Below are positions 31,928-49,062 of a DNA stretch of 64,000 nt, piece by piece. A model generated the notes under the pieces. The model searched no databases, had not been told where the DNA came from, and was given only the letters and a program-made list of their open reading frames with translations. Each line of letters opens with the position of its first letter. The first letter of the stretch is position 1. A program made the translations under genes and the position numbers. Location: the NCBI RefSeq assembly GCF_009914755.1, contig NC_060935.1; one strand, written 5' to 3'. Source of the DNA: the human T2T-CHM13v2.0 reference genome, Homo sapiens.

Positions 31928-32963
31928 TTAGTATCCTTTAGAAGTTCTTTCAGTAAGGATTTCTTGGTGATCTCTCCCAGTTTTTATTTGTCTGAAAAGG
32001 TCCTTGTTTTTTAATTTTAATTTGTCTTGTATTCTAAGTTGACAATTTTTTTTAGAACTTTATTTGTAGGAACCCTGAATAATCAGACTATGCCATTTGG
32101 GATCTGTCCCATAAAGGAAGATTCATATTTGCTTCTTTTCTGTATCCTGTGTTACTCTCAATCTGGGATCACTTTTAATTTTTTGACTGATGGCTTCCAA
32201 AACTGGGCTGATAGTGTAAATTTGAGCCCCAAACTGATGTATGAGCAGGTTTATGGTTATAAATTATCAGGGAAGACATTTTTCCCCTCTAGAGCCATGA
32301 CTGAGCAGAAATCTTTCCTCATCTTTTTCATTTGCCCACGGGTGGAATTTTTGGGTCTCAGAATGTGTGATAAAATGGAAGACTCTGAAAATGGCAGTGC
32401 CTTAGGGTAACTTCAATATCAGTTCACCATTTTGATTTCCAACTCCCCCTTCACTTTGGCCTTTGGGAATTTCCCTTTGCTTTCTGCAAGCTCAGCTATG
32501 TATTTCAGAGGATGTTTATTTTTATCTGGCATTTGGTTTAAGGAAACTTTGTAGGTTGTATAGTCTATCACATTGTTCTGCATTGTAAACAGTTATGCCT
32601 ACAAAATTAGGCCCCACATAGAAAGAGAGCCCTAACACATATTCTTTGTTCATGCCTTGGTTTTGAACTGCATGCACTCATTGATGATTGTGACACCCAG
32701 TTACCAACCTAGATCATAATGGATGGAATATACCTAGATTGGTAAAAAGAATAGGAGGGCATGGAGATATAGAAGGGACAGAATGAAAGAAAACTGAGGA
32801 ATAAGAAGCCTTAAATCATGTAGCCTACTTGAACCAAATGGCTCCATCAGAGTGAAGTTGGAAAATGGGAAGAATAGGTGGTGGTGTGGTTAATAGAGCA
32901 TCTATATATGCAGAACTTAGTTTATATTGTATTCAGTTAATAAGTCATAACCACTTTAGCTAG

Positions 32964-33385
32964 TGTATTAGTCAGGGTTCTCCAGAAAAACAGAACTAGT
33001 AGGAGATACATATATATAAAATCAGGTTTACTATAAGAAATTGACTTGTCCGTGATCTGCTGTCTGCAAGTCTGAAGTCCTAAAAACCCCGGGAGCTGAA
33101 GGTTTAAATCCCAGTCCAAGAGCAGAAGAAATTGAGATGAGATGTCCCAGTTAAAATGGTGAGGCAGAAAAAAAAAGGCAAATTCTCCTTCCTCTGCTTT
33201 ATGTTCTTTTCAGGCCCTCAATGGATTGGATGATGCCTACCAACATAGGGGAGGGTAGTCTACCGAGTCCACCAATTTAAATACTAATCTCATCCATAGA
33301 CATTCTCACAGACAAACCCAGAAATAATATTTAATTTGGGCAGTCTGTAGTCCAGTTGAGCTGGCACATAAAATTAACCATCAAA
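32964..33385 (-). mobile_element. MLT2 solo LTR
   Basis: TGTATTAGTCAGGGTTCTCCAGA start and CATAAAATTAACCATCA end. Confidence 0.82.
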
Positions 33386-33568
33386 GATACTTATGTGGGA
33401 CAGTGATGTGTCTGACAAAGGTTATCCAGACTGTGGTTTAAGTTATACTGGAGCACAAACTTACATGGCTTCCACACTTGAGAGATCCATTTCCCTTCAG
33501 AAATGGCTTTAGTGCTGTATATTTCTATTTTTCCCACATAAGACCATATGAGTTAATATTACCATTAA

Positions 33569-33751
<183 letters not shown>

Positions 33752-36698
33752 TAGAGGTGGGGTTTCACCATGTTGGCCAGGTTGGTCTCGAACGCCTGAC
33801 CTCAGGTGATCCGCCTGCTTTGACCTCCCAAAGTGCTGGGATTACAAGTGTGAGCCACCGTGCCTGGCCAACCTCATTCTTTATAGAAACTTAAGCACAG
33901 AGAAGTTATATAACTTGTGTAGGCACAGAGCTATAAACGTGTGAAAGCAAACAGTAAGCTCAGGTCAGATTGTAACTTGCTTTCCTGTTTCTTTCTACTA
34001 CATATTGTTATCCTCTTATATCCACAACACTGTCTCCCAAGCTGGAGTGCAGGGTTGTAATCATAGCTCACTGCAACCTCAACCTCTTAGATTCAAGCGA
34101 TCCTCCAGCCTGCTCTTATCATCCCAACTAGCTAGAAGTAGAAGTATGTGCCACAATGCCTGGCTAATTTATTTTTATTTTTTGTAGAGACAGAGTCTGT
34201 CTATGTTGGTCAGGCTGGTCTCAAACTCCTGGCCTAAAGTGGTGCTCCTTTTTTTTTTTTTTTAAAGATGGGGTCTCACTTGGTCCCCCAGGCTGGAGTG
34301 CAATGGCGCCATTATTGTTCACTGTAGCCTTGATCTCCCAGGCTCAAGCGTTCCTCCCACCTCAACCTCCTGAGTAGCTGGGACCACAGGCAATTGCCTC
34401 CATACCTGGCTAATTTTTTATTTTTTATTTTTATTTTTATTATTTTTTTGAGACAGAGTCTTGCTGTGTCGCCCAGGCTGGAATGCAGTGGCGTGACCTT
34501 GGCTCACTGCAACCTCTGACTCCCGGGTTCAAGCGATTCTCTTGCCTCAGCCTCCTGAGTAGCTGGGATTACTGGTGTGTGTGACCACGCCCGGCTAATT
34601 TCTTTTGTATTTTTAGTAAAGATGGCTTTCACCATGTTGGCAAGGCTTGTCTCAAACTCCTGACCTCAGGTGATCTGCCCATCTCGGCCTCTCAAAGTGC
34701 TGGGATTATTGGCGTGAGCCACTGCACCCGGCCTAATTTTTTAATATTTTGTAGAGACAGGGTCTCACTCTGTTGCTTAGGTTGGTTCAAACTCCTGGGC
34801 TCAAGTGATCCTTTTGCCTTGGCCTCCCAAAGTGCTGGATCTGTTTTTTTGTGTGTTTTTTTTTAATTATGCAGTTCCAAGTTATCCTTTCACTCTCCTA
34901 TATTTCATAACACATATTTGAAGACCTAGCTATTCCATATCAAATTCTTTTTATCTTCCAAACCTGTCATGATCTTTCTTTCCTCTGCACCTTTGCTAAA
35001 ACTATTTCCTTCTGTATCTGATGAAATCTTATACATTCCTCTATTCTTGGCTTTTGCATTATCTCCTCTATGAAGCATTTTCTTAATCCTTCTGAGAATG
35101 AGATGCTTACTCCCTTCCCTTATTTAATACTCTGTGCCTCTATTATAGCACTTAGCACAGTTCACTTGTATTATAATGAGGATCTGTTTCCCCCACTAAG
35201 TGGTAAACTCCCTAAGGTTAGCAAGAACTATGCATTTAACACAGTGCCAGTAAAGCAAGAACTCAATAAATGTTTGCTGAATTGAAATTTTCATTATAAA
35301 TGTCATTAAACAAACTGTTTTTATCCTTTTTAACATTCCCTCTGAGATAGGTTAATGTTATAATTCCTTTTTCATTAGTTTAAAAAAGGACAGAGCAGAT
35401 TTTGTAGTGATTACAGAATGGAAACGTAAGAAAATGTAAGGTCTTCAAGCAGTATCCTGAAATAATAATTAGTATAAACTCCAAAATCTTTACCAGTCAT
35501 TAAAACAACTAGTATGTACCTAGTCAAATATAACTTTTCCAGGGTCACATAACTAATAATTTTTGGAACCAAAATTTGAGCATAAGTTGTTCTTTCTCTA
35601 AAGCCCATACTTTCCTTCTGTTTTATACTGCCCTTGCTCATTTCTATCCTAAGGCAATAACTATCTTATTATAGAAGAGTTTTCTATATGGAAACATGCA
35701 TAGATCATCATTCATGTGTCCTTTTTGTTAGACTGAAAGGGGTCAAGAATGAAGGTATAAAAATATAAGTATAAAATTAAAGAAAAACCAATTAGCAGCC
35801 ACACAAAGAAAACTAAAGGAACTATGGAAATGTTTACCCCAACTTTTTATTTTGAAAAATGTTAAACCTACAGAATAGTTATGTGAATAATATAATACAT
35901 TTCCATATATCCTTTACCTAAATCCTCAAGTTGTTAACATTTTACCATGTTTGTTTCTTTTCTCACTCTAAACACACACACACATACACACACATACACA
36001 CACACACACATACACTCACACTTTGTCCCCCTGTCATTTGACAATAAATCACAGATACGACATTTCAGTATTTCTCTCCTAAGGACATGAATATTCTCCT
36101 CTATAACTACAATTCTATTGTCAAAAACAAGGATATTATCATTGATACAATAATATCTTTTTTTTTTTTTTTTTTTTTTGAGATGGAGTCTCGCTCTGTG
36201 GCCCAGGCTGGAGTGCAGTGGCACGATCTCGGCTCACTGTAACCTCCACCTCCTGGGGTCAAGCAATTATCTGCCTCATCCTCCTGAGTAGCAGGGATTA
36301 TAGGCACATGCCACCACGCCCGGCTAATTTTTGTATTTTTAGTAGAGACAGGGTTTCACCATCTTGGCCAGGCTGGTCTTGAACTCCTGACCTCGTGATC
36401 CACCTGCCTCGGCCTCCCAAAGTGCTGGGATTACAGGCGTGAGCCACTGCGCCCGGCCGATACAATAATATCTAATATACAGTCTGTCTTCAGATTTCCC
36501 CAGTGTCCCAAGAATGTTCTCTATAACTTTTGTTGATTCTCAGAGAATTGTACAATTGACCAGGCTAGAGTTTCTTCTGCTCAAGACAGTTCTTCTTAAG
36601 GAAAGATTGATGAGCTGTTCCTAGCTGTTCCTTGTGTTTTTGTTTGCTTTTGCTTTTGTTTTCCTATTCACCTTCTAAAGCTGGTTGTTGTGGAAGGC

Positions 36699-37094
36699 TG
36701 ATATAGTTGGATATTTGTCCCCACCCAAATCTTTTGTTGAAATGTAATCCCCAATGTTGGAGGTGGGGCTTGGTGGGAGGTAATTGGGTCATGTGGGCAG
36801 TTCCCTCATGAATAACTTAGTGCTGTCTTGGTGATAGTGAGTGAGTTGTCAAGAGATCTGGTTATTTAAAAGTGTGTGGTACCTCCCCCAACCTTGCTCC
36901 TGCTTTCATCATATGACATGCCTACTCCCACTTCACGTTCTGCCATGGGTAAAAGCTCCCTAAGGCCTCCTCAGAAGTCAAGCAGATGCTGGTATCATGC
37001 TTGTACAGCCTGCAGAACTGTGAAGCAATTAAACCTCTTTTGTTTATAAATTACCATCTCAGGTATTTCTTTATAGCAAAGTAAGAAAGGCCTC
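36699..37094 (+). mobile_element. MSTB-like MaLR solo LTR
   Basis: TGATATAGTTGGATATTTGTCCCC start; CAATTAAACCTCTTTTGTTTATAAATTACC near the end. Confidence 0.8.
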
Positions 37095-37429
37095 TGTTGA
37101 ACTTCTTGAATTTGAATATTTTCAAACTGTGATCCAACAAATTATAAAAGAAATAGAATAAACAGTTGCATACCATCAATTCAGATTCACTAGTTGTTAA
37201 CATTCTGCCACATTTGCTTTATCTAGTCCTCTGTGGCCCTCTTCTCTCCTTCTCATAATTATTTTTACTAAATAATTTGGAAGTAGTTGTGGGCAGCCAT
37301 AGTGGCTCACATCTGTAATCCCAGCACTTTGGGAGGACGAGGGACGAGATGGGAGGATCACTTGTGCCCAGGAGGTCAAGGCTGCAGTGAGCTTCACTCC
37401 AGCCTGGCCAACAGAATGAGACACTGTCT

Positions 37430-37468
<39 letters not shown>

Positions 37469-38448
37469 AGAAGAAGAAGAAGTTCAAAGAAAAAGAAAGA
37501 AAAAGTCACTGAAATTAATGATCATTTTTAATGTTGTCAATTTGACATACGGAATTTGGTTTATTTGTTTCTGTTGGCATACAATTTTAGATGCCTCCCA
37601 TTTCCTGTCTGTCTTGATTTTAACTTTCTGAATCATGTAAAATATTTACATGATTCAGAATTCAAACTTCAAACTATGACAGTCACTTGCTGTTCACTAT
37701 CACCAGAACAGCAAGAGAGATATCCACATCCATGATCCAGTCACCTCCCATCAGGTCCCTCCTCCAACACTGGGGATTACAATTCAACATGAGATTTGCG
37801 CAGGGACACAAATCCAAACCATATCATAGATACACTTAGAAAGTCTTATTCACCTCCCTATCTCTTCCATCACATTCCCACCTCACTCCATGTAGGTAAT
37901 TATTTTGTATTAGTTTCCGGTTTATCCTTTTTTGTATTTTTCTGGAAAAAATAAGCAAATACAAATATACATATATAAATAATTTTTTTTCTTTTTTTCC
38001 CATTTTCCATACGCAAAAGGTAGCATGCCTTACTTCTTTATATTCTGTTCACTTAATATATACAGAAAATCATGATATCAGTTCATAGAGATATGTCTTT
38101 TTCTTTTTTACCACTGTATAGTAACCAACTTTGTGAATGTAATATTGTTTATTCACTTTAGTCCTAAGGGATGGGTACTCGATTGCTTTCAATATTTTAG
38201 TACTATAAACAATACTACATTGAATAACCATGTACATTTTTTTTTGTATTGTTGAAAGTGTATATCCAGGGTAAATTTTTAGAACTGAGATTGTGCTTAA
38301 AGAGTAAATGTAAATGTAGATTTGTTAGATATTGCCAAATTCCCCTTTTTGGGGGTTGTACCGTATTTTAGTATTACTAACAATTTATGAAAAGGCCAAT
38401 TTTAAAATGTAGAAATGTTTAAATTTGTTAGTAAAAGTGAACAGTATT

Positions 38449-42094
<3,646 letters not shown>

Positions 42095-42794
42095 GTATTC
42101 CATATTTCATTCTTTACTGAAGTCAAAGTTGAAAACAGAATACAAGGTGGAAGCTCCCAAGAATGAAAGGACAGACTGGTGATTTCTCAGAGCATGTTAG
42201 AATCCTTCATTTAAACTCAAATATTCTAGCATCCAAAAATGAATTTGGATGTGTAGCATCATTAATTCACTATGAAGTAATAGTGCATATATCATCACCC
42301 AACATTAAAAGATATGTAGGTTCTGCTTACTGGCGTTGTCTTTAAGATAAATCACCTTTTCTGCCTTCAAGAAGCTCTATAGAGTAATTAAGCAAAAAGA
42401 TAATTGTAATTAAGTGCCACGGTAGATGAACCAAGAGAGGTATAATGGTAATGAGAGGAAGGAATACCTAAGACTGCCTAGATCACTTAGAGGTATTCAT
42501 CACAGAAAGTGGGATCTTTGACCTGACTCTTGAAGGAGAAGTTTCCCAGGTAAACAATGGTAACTAGCTTACTGGCAGGAAAAACATATGTCTAGATGTA
42601 GAAGTGTAGGAGAAAATGCTGGAGTAGAATCATGGGAAGAGCTCTTCAATTTGTCACTATCTATAAATATTTATTTTTATAGGAATATCTACAAATATTT
42701 ATTTTTGTAGGAAGCTCTAAAGTCATATAATTGGTTGAGGCTAGATTGATATTTAAGATCCATCCAAGCCTTGGATCCTATGACTCTGATTATT

Positions 42795-43276
<482 letters not shown>

Positions 43277-43861
43277 ACAGGGTGACCCAGGCTGGAGTAC
43301 AGTGGTATGATCATATTTCACTATAACCTGAAACTCCTGGACTCAAGCAATCCTGTCGCGTCAGCCTCCTGAGTAGCTGAGACTACAGTTGTGTGCCACC
43401 ATGCCTGGCTAATATATATAATTTTTTTTTTTTTTTTTGAGACAGACTCTTGCTCTGTCACCCAGGCTGGAGTGCAGTTGTGCAATCTCGGCTCACTACA
43501 ACCTCCACCTCCTGCGTTTAAGCAATTCTTTTTTTTTTTTTTTTTTTTTTTTTGTAGTTGCAAGGTTTAATAGAGTGAAAACAGAGCTCCCATACAAAGG
43601 GAGGAGACCCAAAGAGGGTTGCCATTGCCGGCTCGAATGCCTGCTGTGCTCTCAGGCGATAGATGATTGGCTATTTCTTTACCTCCTGTTTTTGCCTAAT
43701 TATCATTTTAACGAGCTCTCTTTGCTACCTGATTGGTTGGGTGTGAGCTAAGTTGCAAGCCCTGTGTTTAAAGGTGGATGTGGTCACCTTCCCAGCTAGC
43801 CTTAGGGATTCTTAGTCGGCCTAGGAAATCCAGCTAGTCCTGTCTCTCAGTCCCCCCTCTC

Positions 43862-44163
43862 AACAGGAAAACCCAAGTGCTGTTGGGGAGGTTGGCCGAT
43901 GACCGCTCTAACTGCTTTCTGCTGAATTGGGGCATAGTAGGGGTTGTGCAGTTGAGATTTCCTTGGGAGGGATGCCTTTGATGTCATTAACATCAGAGCA
44001 TGGGCTAGCAGGCCAGTCCAGGGGTCCACGGTAGGTCTTAGTCATGGACTGCATCGGGGACTCCATTTGAAGAACGATTTGTAGTTTTACAGCTTCGATT
44101 CTGGAAGAGATAAACTTAACAAGGAGGTTAGAGATACAGGGATTGAAATGCATGGCCTGCAGT
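43862..44163 (-). pseudogene. HERV-W env remnant (tiny SU island plus TM cytoplasmic tail)
   Basis: PCISNLLVKFISSRIEAVKLQ...YRGPLDWPASPCSDVNDIKG resembles the syncytin-1/MSRV Env C-terminus. Confidence 0.85.
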
Positions 44164-46749
44164 GCAGGGGATTATTTCTTTGGCACACTTTACAGGCCCT
44201 GACTATCTGCTTGATAGTTTTGAAAAGGCCTGGTCCAGTAATGATTTGGCCATCTGATGGGTGTTATCAATGCCTAAGTGAAAGGTTTGGTGAAGGGTTT
44301 TAAATAATTTCCATTGGTTAGCTGCAGGCAAAAGTATTTTTCCTTCTTCAGTGGCTAGCCATCCTGAGGGGAGGAAACTATGTCCTCCTGAGGTTCCCCA
44401 TTCTATTTCTTCTTTTGAGTACAGGGGCTTGGTTTCCCAGAGGGGATTACCCCATATTAGGGGTCCTTCTATAAGCATTTCTGATGGAGGGTCCTGCCTT
44501 GCAGCTCTTTTTGCTTCAATATCTGCTTGGTAGTTCCCTTCTATTTCCCTTTCCTTTCCTTTCTGATGACCCCAGCAGTGTAAGACTGCTACCTCTTTAG
44601 GTTTCTGTACAGCCAATAATAATTTCCTAATGGCTTCCTGATGTTTGATAGGTCTTCCCTCGGAAGTTAGGAATTCCTTTTCTCTCCATATTGCTGCATG
44701 GGCATGGAGGACTAGGTAAGCATACTTAGAGTCTGTATATATATTTACCCTTTTTCCTTCTCCTAATTCTAGTGCCCGAGTGAGGGCTATTAGTTCTGCC
44801 AGCTGAGCACTAGTTCCTGGAGTGAGGGGATTACTTTCAAGTATTCCATTATCACTGAGGCATACCCCGCATTTTGAAGTCCTTTTTCTACAAAGGAACT
44901 TCCATCAGTATACAAGTTGAGGTTGGGATCAGTCAAGGGAACCCCTAAAAGGTCCCCTCAAGTGGCATAGGTTTGAGCAATTACTTGTTGACAGTTATGT
45001 TCTATCTTTTCTTCATTGTCTGGAAGAAATGTGGCTGGGTTAAGAGTTGCACAAGTGCACAGTCGCAGCACTGGCCCTTCAAGTAATACAGCCTGATATT
45101 TAAGTAAATGGTTGTCTGACAGCCACAAGTCTCCTTTAGCAGTGAGTATGCCGTTCACATCATGAGATCACAGTAAGATCTCTTCACTGTATCATTTTAA
45201 CTGCTTTAGATATTAAGACTGCTATTGCTGCCATTACCCATAAACAATGAGGCCAACCCTTTGCCACTACATCAGTTTTCTTACTCAGGTATGCCACAGG
45301 TTGCAAGCTCGTCTCTCAGACATGTGTAAGGACTCCTAGAGCTATCCCTGTTTTTTCTGTGATATATACGAAGTCTTGCCCCGTTGGCAAGCTTAACACT
45401 GGGGCTTGGGTTAGGGCCTTCTTTAGGGCCTGGAAAGCTGCTTCTGCTTCAGGTTTCCACCTTACTAAATGGGTATTGCTTTCTGAGTTTCCTTAATTAG
45501 TGTATATAATGGCCTGGCTATTTCACCATACCTGGGAATCCATATTTGGCAGAAGCCTGTTATGCTAAGGAATCCTCTTAGTTGCTTTAGGGTTTGGGAT
45601 GAGGATAAGCCAGTGTGGGCTGGGTACATTCCTCACTGAGGGCCCTGGTGCCTTAGGATAATTTTAGCCCTAAGTATTTAGCCTGCTGTGAGCAGAGCTG
45701 AGCGTTTGGTTTGGAAACCTGGTAGCCACAGGTGGCAAGGAAATTTAAGAGCGCTTGGGTGGCTTGATGGCACAAGGTTTCTGAAAGGGCAGCTAAAAGT
45801 AAATCATCCATGTACTGAAGGACAAGAGTGTCCAGGTGTGAGAACTGGCTCAAGTCTTGGGCTAATGCCTGGCCAAATAGATGGGGGCTGTCCCTGAACC
45901 CTTGGGGTAAAACAGTCCAGGTGAATTGAGACATTGGGTTTGAAGGATCTTCAAAGGCAAACAAGAATTGAGAGTCAGGATGTACAGGGATGCAGAAAAA
46001 GGCATCCTTAAGGTCCAGGACTGTAAACCACTCTACTTCCTCTGGTATTTGGGAAAGCAGAGTACAACGGTTAGGTACAGCTGGGTATAAAGGGACAACA
46101 GCCTCACTGATAATCCTGAGATCTTGCACTAACGTTCACTGTCTGTTGGGTTTCTATACCCCTAAAATTGGAGTATTGCAGGGGCTATTGCATGGTTTTA
46201 CTAGGCCGTGGGCTTTTAGGTTCTTAACAATTTTCTTGAGTCCTTGTTGGGCCTTGGGTCTAAGCGGGTATTGCCTTTGGTACGGAAAGGAGGCAGAATC
46301 CTTTAATTTAATTTGAACAGTATGGGCATTTTTTGCTCGTCCATATTGTCCTTCTGTTGCCCAGACTTCAGGATTAATTCCTTCCTCAAGCAGGGGACAA
46401 CAAATGGGTGTTCTTTCTCCTATGTTCAGGTGTATAATGGCCCCTGCTTTTGCTAGAATGTCTCTCCCTAACAAGGGAGTGGGGCTTTCAGGCATAATTA
46501 GAAAAGCATGTGAAAAGAGTAAAGTTCCCCAGTCACAACTTAGTGGCTGAGAGAGAAGTATGTAGTGACTGGCTGTCCTAGGACCCCTTGGATAGTGACA
46601 GATCTGGAGGACAGTTGTCCAGGACAGGAGAGTAAGACTGAGAAGGCCGCGCCAGTGTCCAAGAGACAGTTAACCTCCTGGCCCTCAATGGTCAAGTATA
46701 CCCGGGGCTCTGTGAGGGTGATGGCATGAGCTGGCACTTGCCCTGGGCA
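44164..46749 (-). pseudogene. HERV-W pro-pol (disrupted; integrase truncated)
   Basis: Protease LLDTGA (ORF 46540-46737). RT segment 45653-46129 with LDLKDAFF, LPQG and YMDD. RNase H LYTDGSS near 44900. Integrase N-terminal HHCC region ends at CKVCQRNNP. Confidence 0.9.
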
Positions 46750-48179
46750 CCCTCAGTCCTGCTGCTGGATCATTTGGTTAATGGCTTCTGACTCAGAGGA
46801 CCTTCGTCCCCTGGGGCAGTGGGCCTTCCAGTGATTCCCTTGACATAACGGGCATGGACGAGGGGGCGGCTTATTTCTATGTGGACAATCTTTTTTAAAG
46901 TGTCCTTGTAGACCGCACTGGAAGCAAGCCCTATTAGGCATTCAATTTCCCTAGCCTTTCCGTGTTCCAGAGCCTCCAAAGTCCGCTTGCCTGAAGGCCA
47001 TGACTAAAGCGGTGGCCTTTTTTTTATCCCATTTGTCCCGTTCTGCCTGCTCCTCCTGATCTCTATTACAAAAAACCAAGGTTGCCAAGTTCAACAGGGT
47101 TTCTAAGTTTTTTGAAGTTTTTTCTAATGTCTGCAGCTGACTGAGTGATAAACCTATCCTTTAAGATTAGTCGGCCTTCAGTACAGTCAGGTGACAGAGA
47201 GGTGTGCTTTCTCAATGCCTCCCTTAGTCTCTCCAGAAAGGCGGTAGGATTTTCTTCCTTTCCCTGTGTTATAGTGGACATAATTGAATAATTCATAAGC
47301 TTCTTCCTAGTTTTCCTTAGTCCTTCTAGCACGCAAGGTAGCAAATGTTTGCGGCACCAATCTGTATGTTCTGATTCTGTGTCCCAATGAGGGTCTACAC
47401 TGGGAACTGCCTGCTGGCCTGTGGGGAATCGTTCTCATTCCTCTGTTGTCATCCTATCATTGACCTGAGATACCAGAGATCGCCAAACTCTCGGGCTGCA
47501 GTTATGATGGCACTTCTCTCATTTGGCGTTAGTGTCTGATTTAGCAGTAACATTATATCTCCATGTCAGATCAGAGGATTGTCCTAACCCTTGTAAAACA
47601 TCAATATAGCCATCAGGGTTATCTGAGAATTTACCTAGGTCTATTTTAATTTGCTTCAAGTCTGAGAGAGAAAAAGGTACGTGTACTCTGGCTGGGCCAA
47701 ATTCTCCTCCTCCCACCACTTGGAGAGGGCATAATTGGGGAATATTGGCACTCTTTGGTTCATTGTTTACCCCTTTGTCTATCTCCTTTTGGATCGTTTA
47801 GGTTGAAGGGGTGTCCTTATTAGTTGGGGAAGCAGTTGGGGGGACACCGGAGTAGGGAGGTAGACTCGAGGGCTTCCTGTAGGGCATAAATCACACTTTT
47901 TACATAATTGCGAGTTGTCTCTTAATGAAAAGAAAGTTTGTACATATGGCACTTCACTCTTCCTTCTTTTCTACAAAAGAGGTCTAGGTGTAAGATGGTG
48001 TTATAATTTATACTTCCCTCAGGAGGCCAGGTTTCTCCCCCTTGAAGAGGATATCATGGCCAGGTGGTACTGCAGAAAAATATAAGTCGTTTCTTTCTTA
48101 GTGTCTGAGAGTCAAATTGGTCCCAATTCTCCAGAATATATCTTAGGGGTGTTTTTGCCTTGGGGGGAACGTTTCCCAT
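46750..48179 (-). pseudogene. HERV-W gag (disrupted)
   Basis: Begins MGNVPPKAKTPLRYILENWDQFD at 48179 with an early stop. Capsid fragments (FSLSDLKQIKIDLGKFSDNPDGY; QGKEENPTAFLERLREA) and NC zinc knuckle CFQCGLQGHFKKDC lie in different frames. Confidence 0.9.
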
Positions 48180-48741
48180 TACTTTGGAGGTCCCTTCATG
48201 GTTGCCAAATGTTACCGGGGGGTCCTTGCTCCCAGAGCTCCTAATGTGGTGGTGGGCCGCTTCTAAGATGGTGGCAAGCCTCGTGTTCTCTGACCAAGGG
48301 TGCTTGGCCTCACGGATTCCAAGGAATGGAATCTTGGGCCATGCTGTGAGTGTTATAGCCCTATCAGAAGCCGTGGGTCACGGAAGAGAACCGTGGAACC
48401 CAGTGACTAGTGTTCAGCTTGATTAGGACGAACCCGGGCACTTAGCCATGCAGGAACAATGGCAAGCCTTTATTTAGCCCAATCGGGAGCGGCAATGGGC
48501 GCTCAGGAGCACAGCAGACACCCTGCCGGATCCGGAGGGATGGAAGTCAGCAGCGGGTCTGTGATGGCGGCAAAGAGCAGTGGTGGACGGTGAGCGAAAA
48601 CTCAGCTCGAGCCATAACAAAACACGGACCAGAAGAGTGCAGTTGCAAGATTTAAGAGTGAAAACAGAGCTCCCATACAAAGGGAGGGGACCCAAAGAAG
48701 GTAGCCTGCGTTTAAGCAATTCTTGTGCCTCAGCCTCCTGA

Positions 48742-49062
<321 letters not shown>

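Larger units (their letters stand above)
43529..48704 (-). mobile_element. HERV-W (LTR17/HERV17) processed pseudogene: R-U5-PBS-gag-pro-pol-(deleted env)-PPT-U3-R-poly(A)
   Basis: R-U5 at 48704-48210, PBS at 48207-48190, PPT at about 43861-43850, U3-R starting TGAGAGACAGGACTAGCTGG at 43849, ATTAAA at 43571-43566, A25 tail at 43553-43529. Flanking direct repeats CCTGCGTTTAAGCAATTC at 43511-43528 and 48705-48722. Confidence 0.95.
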
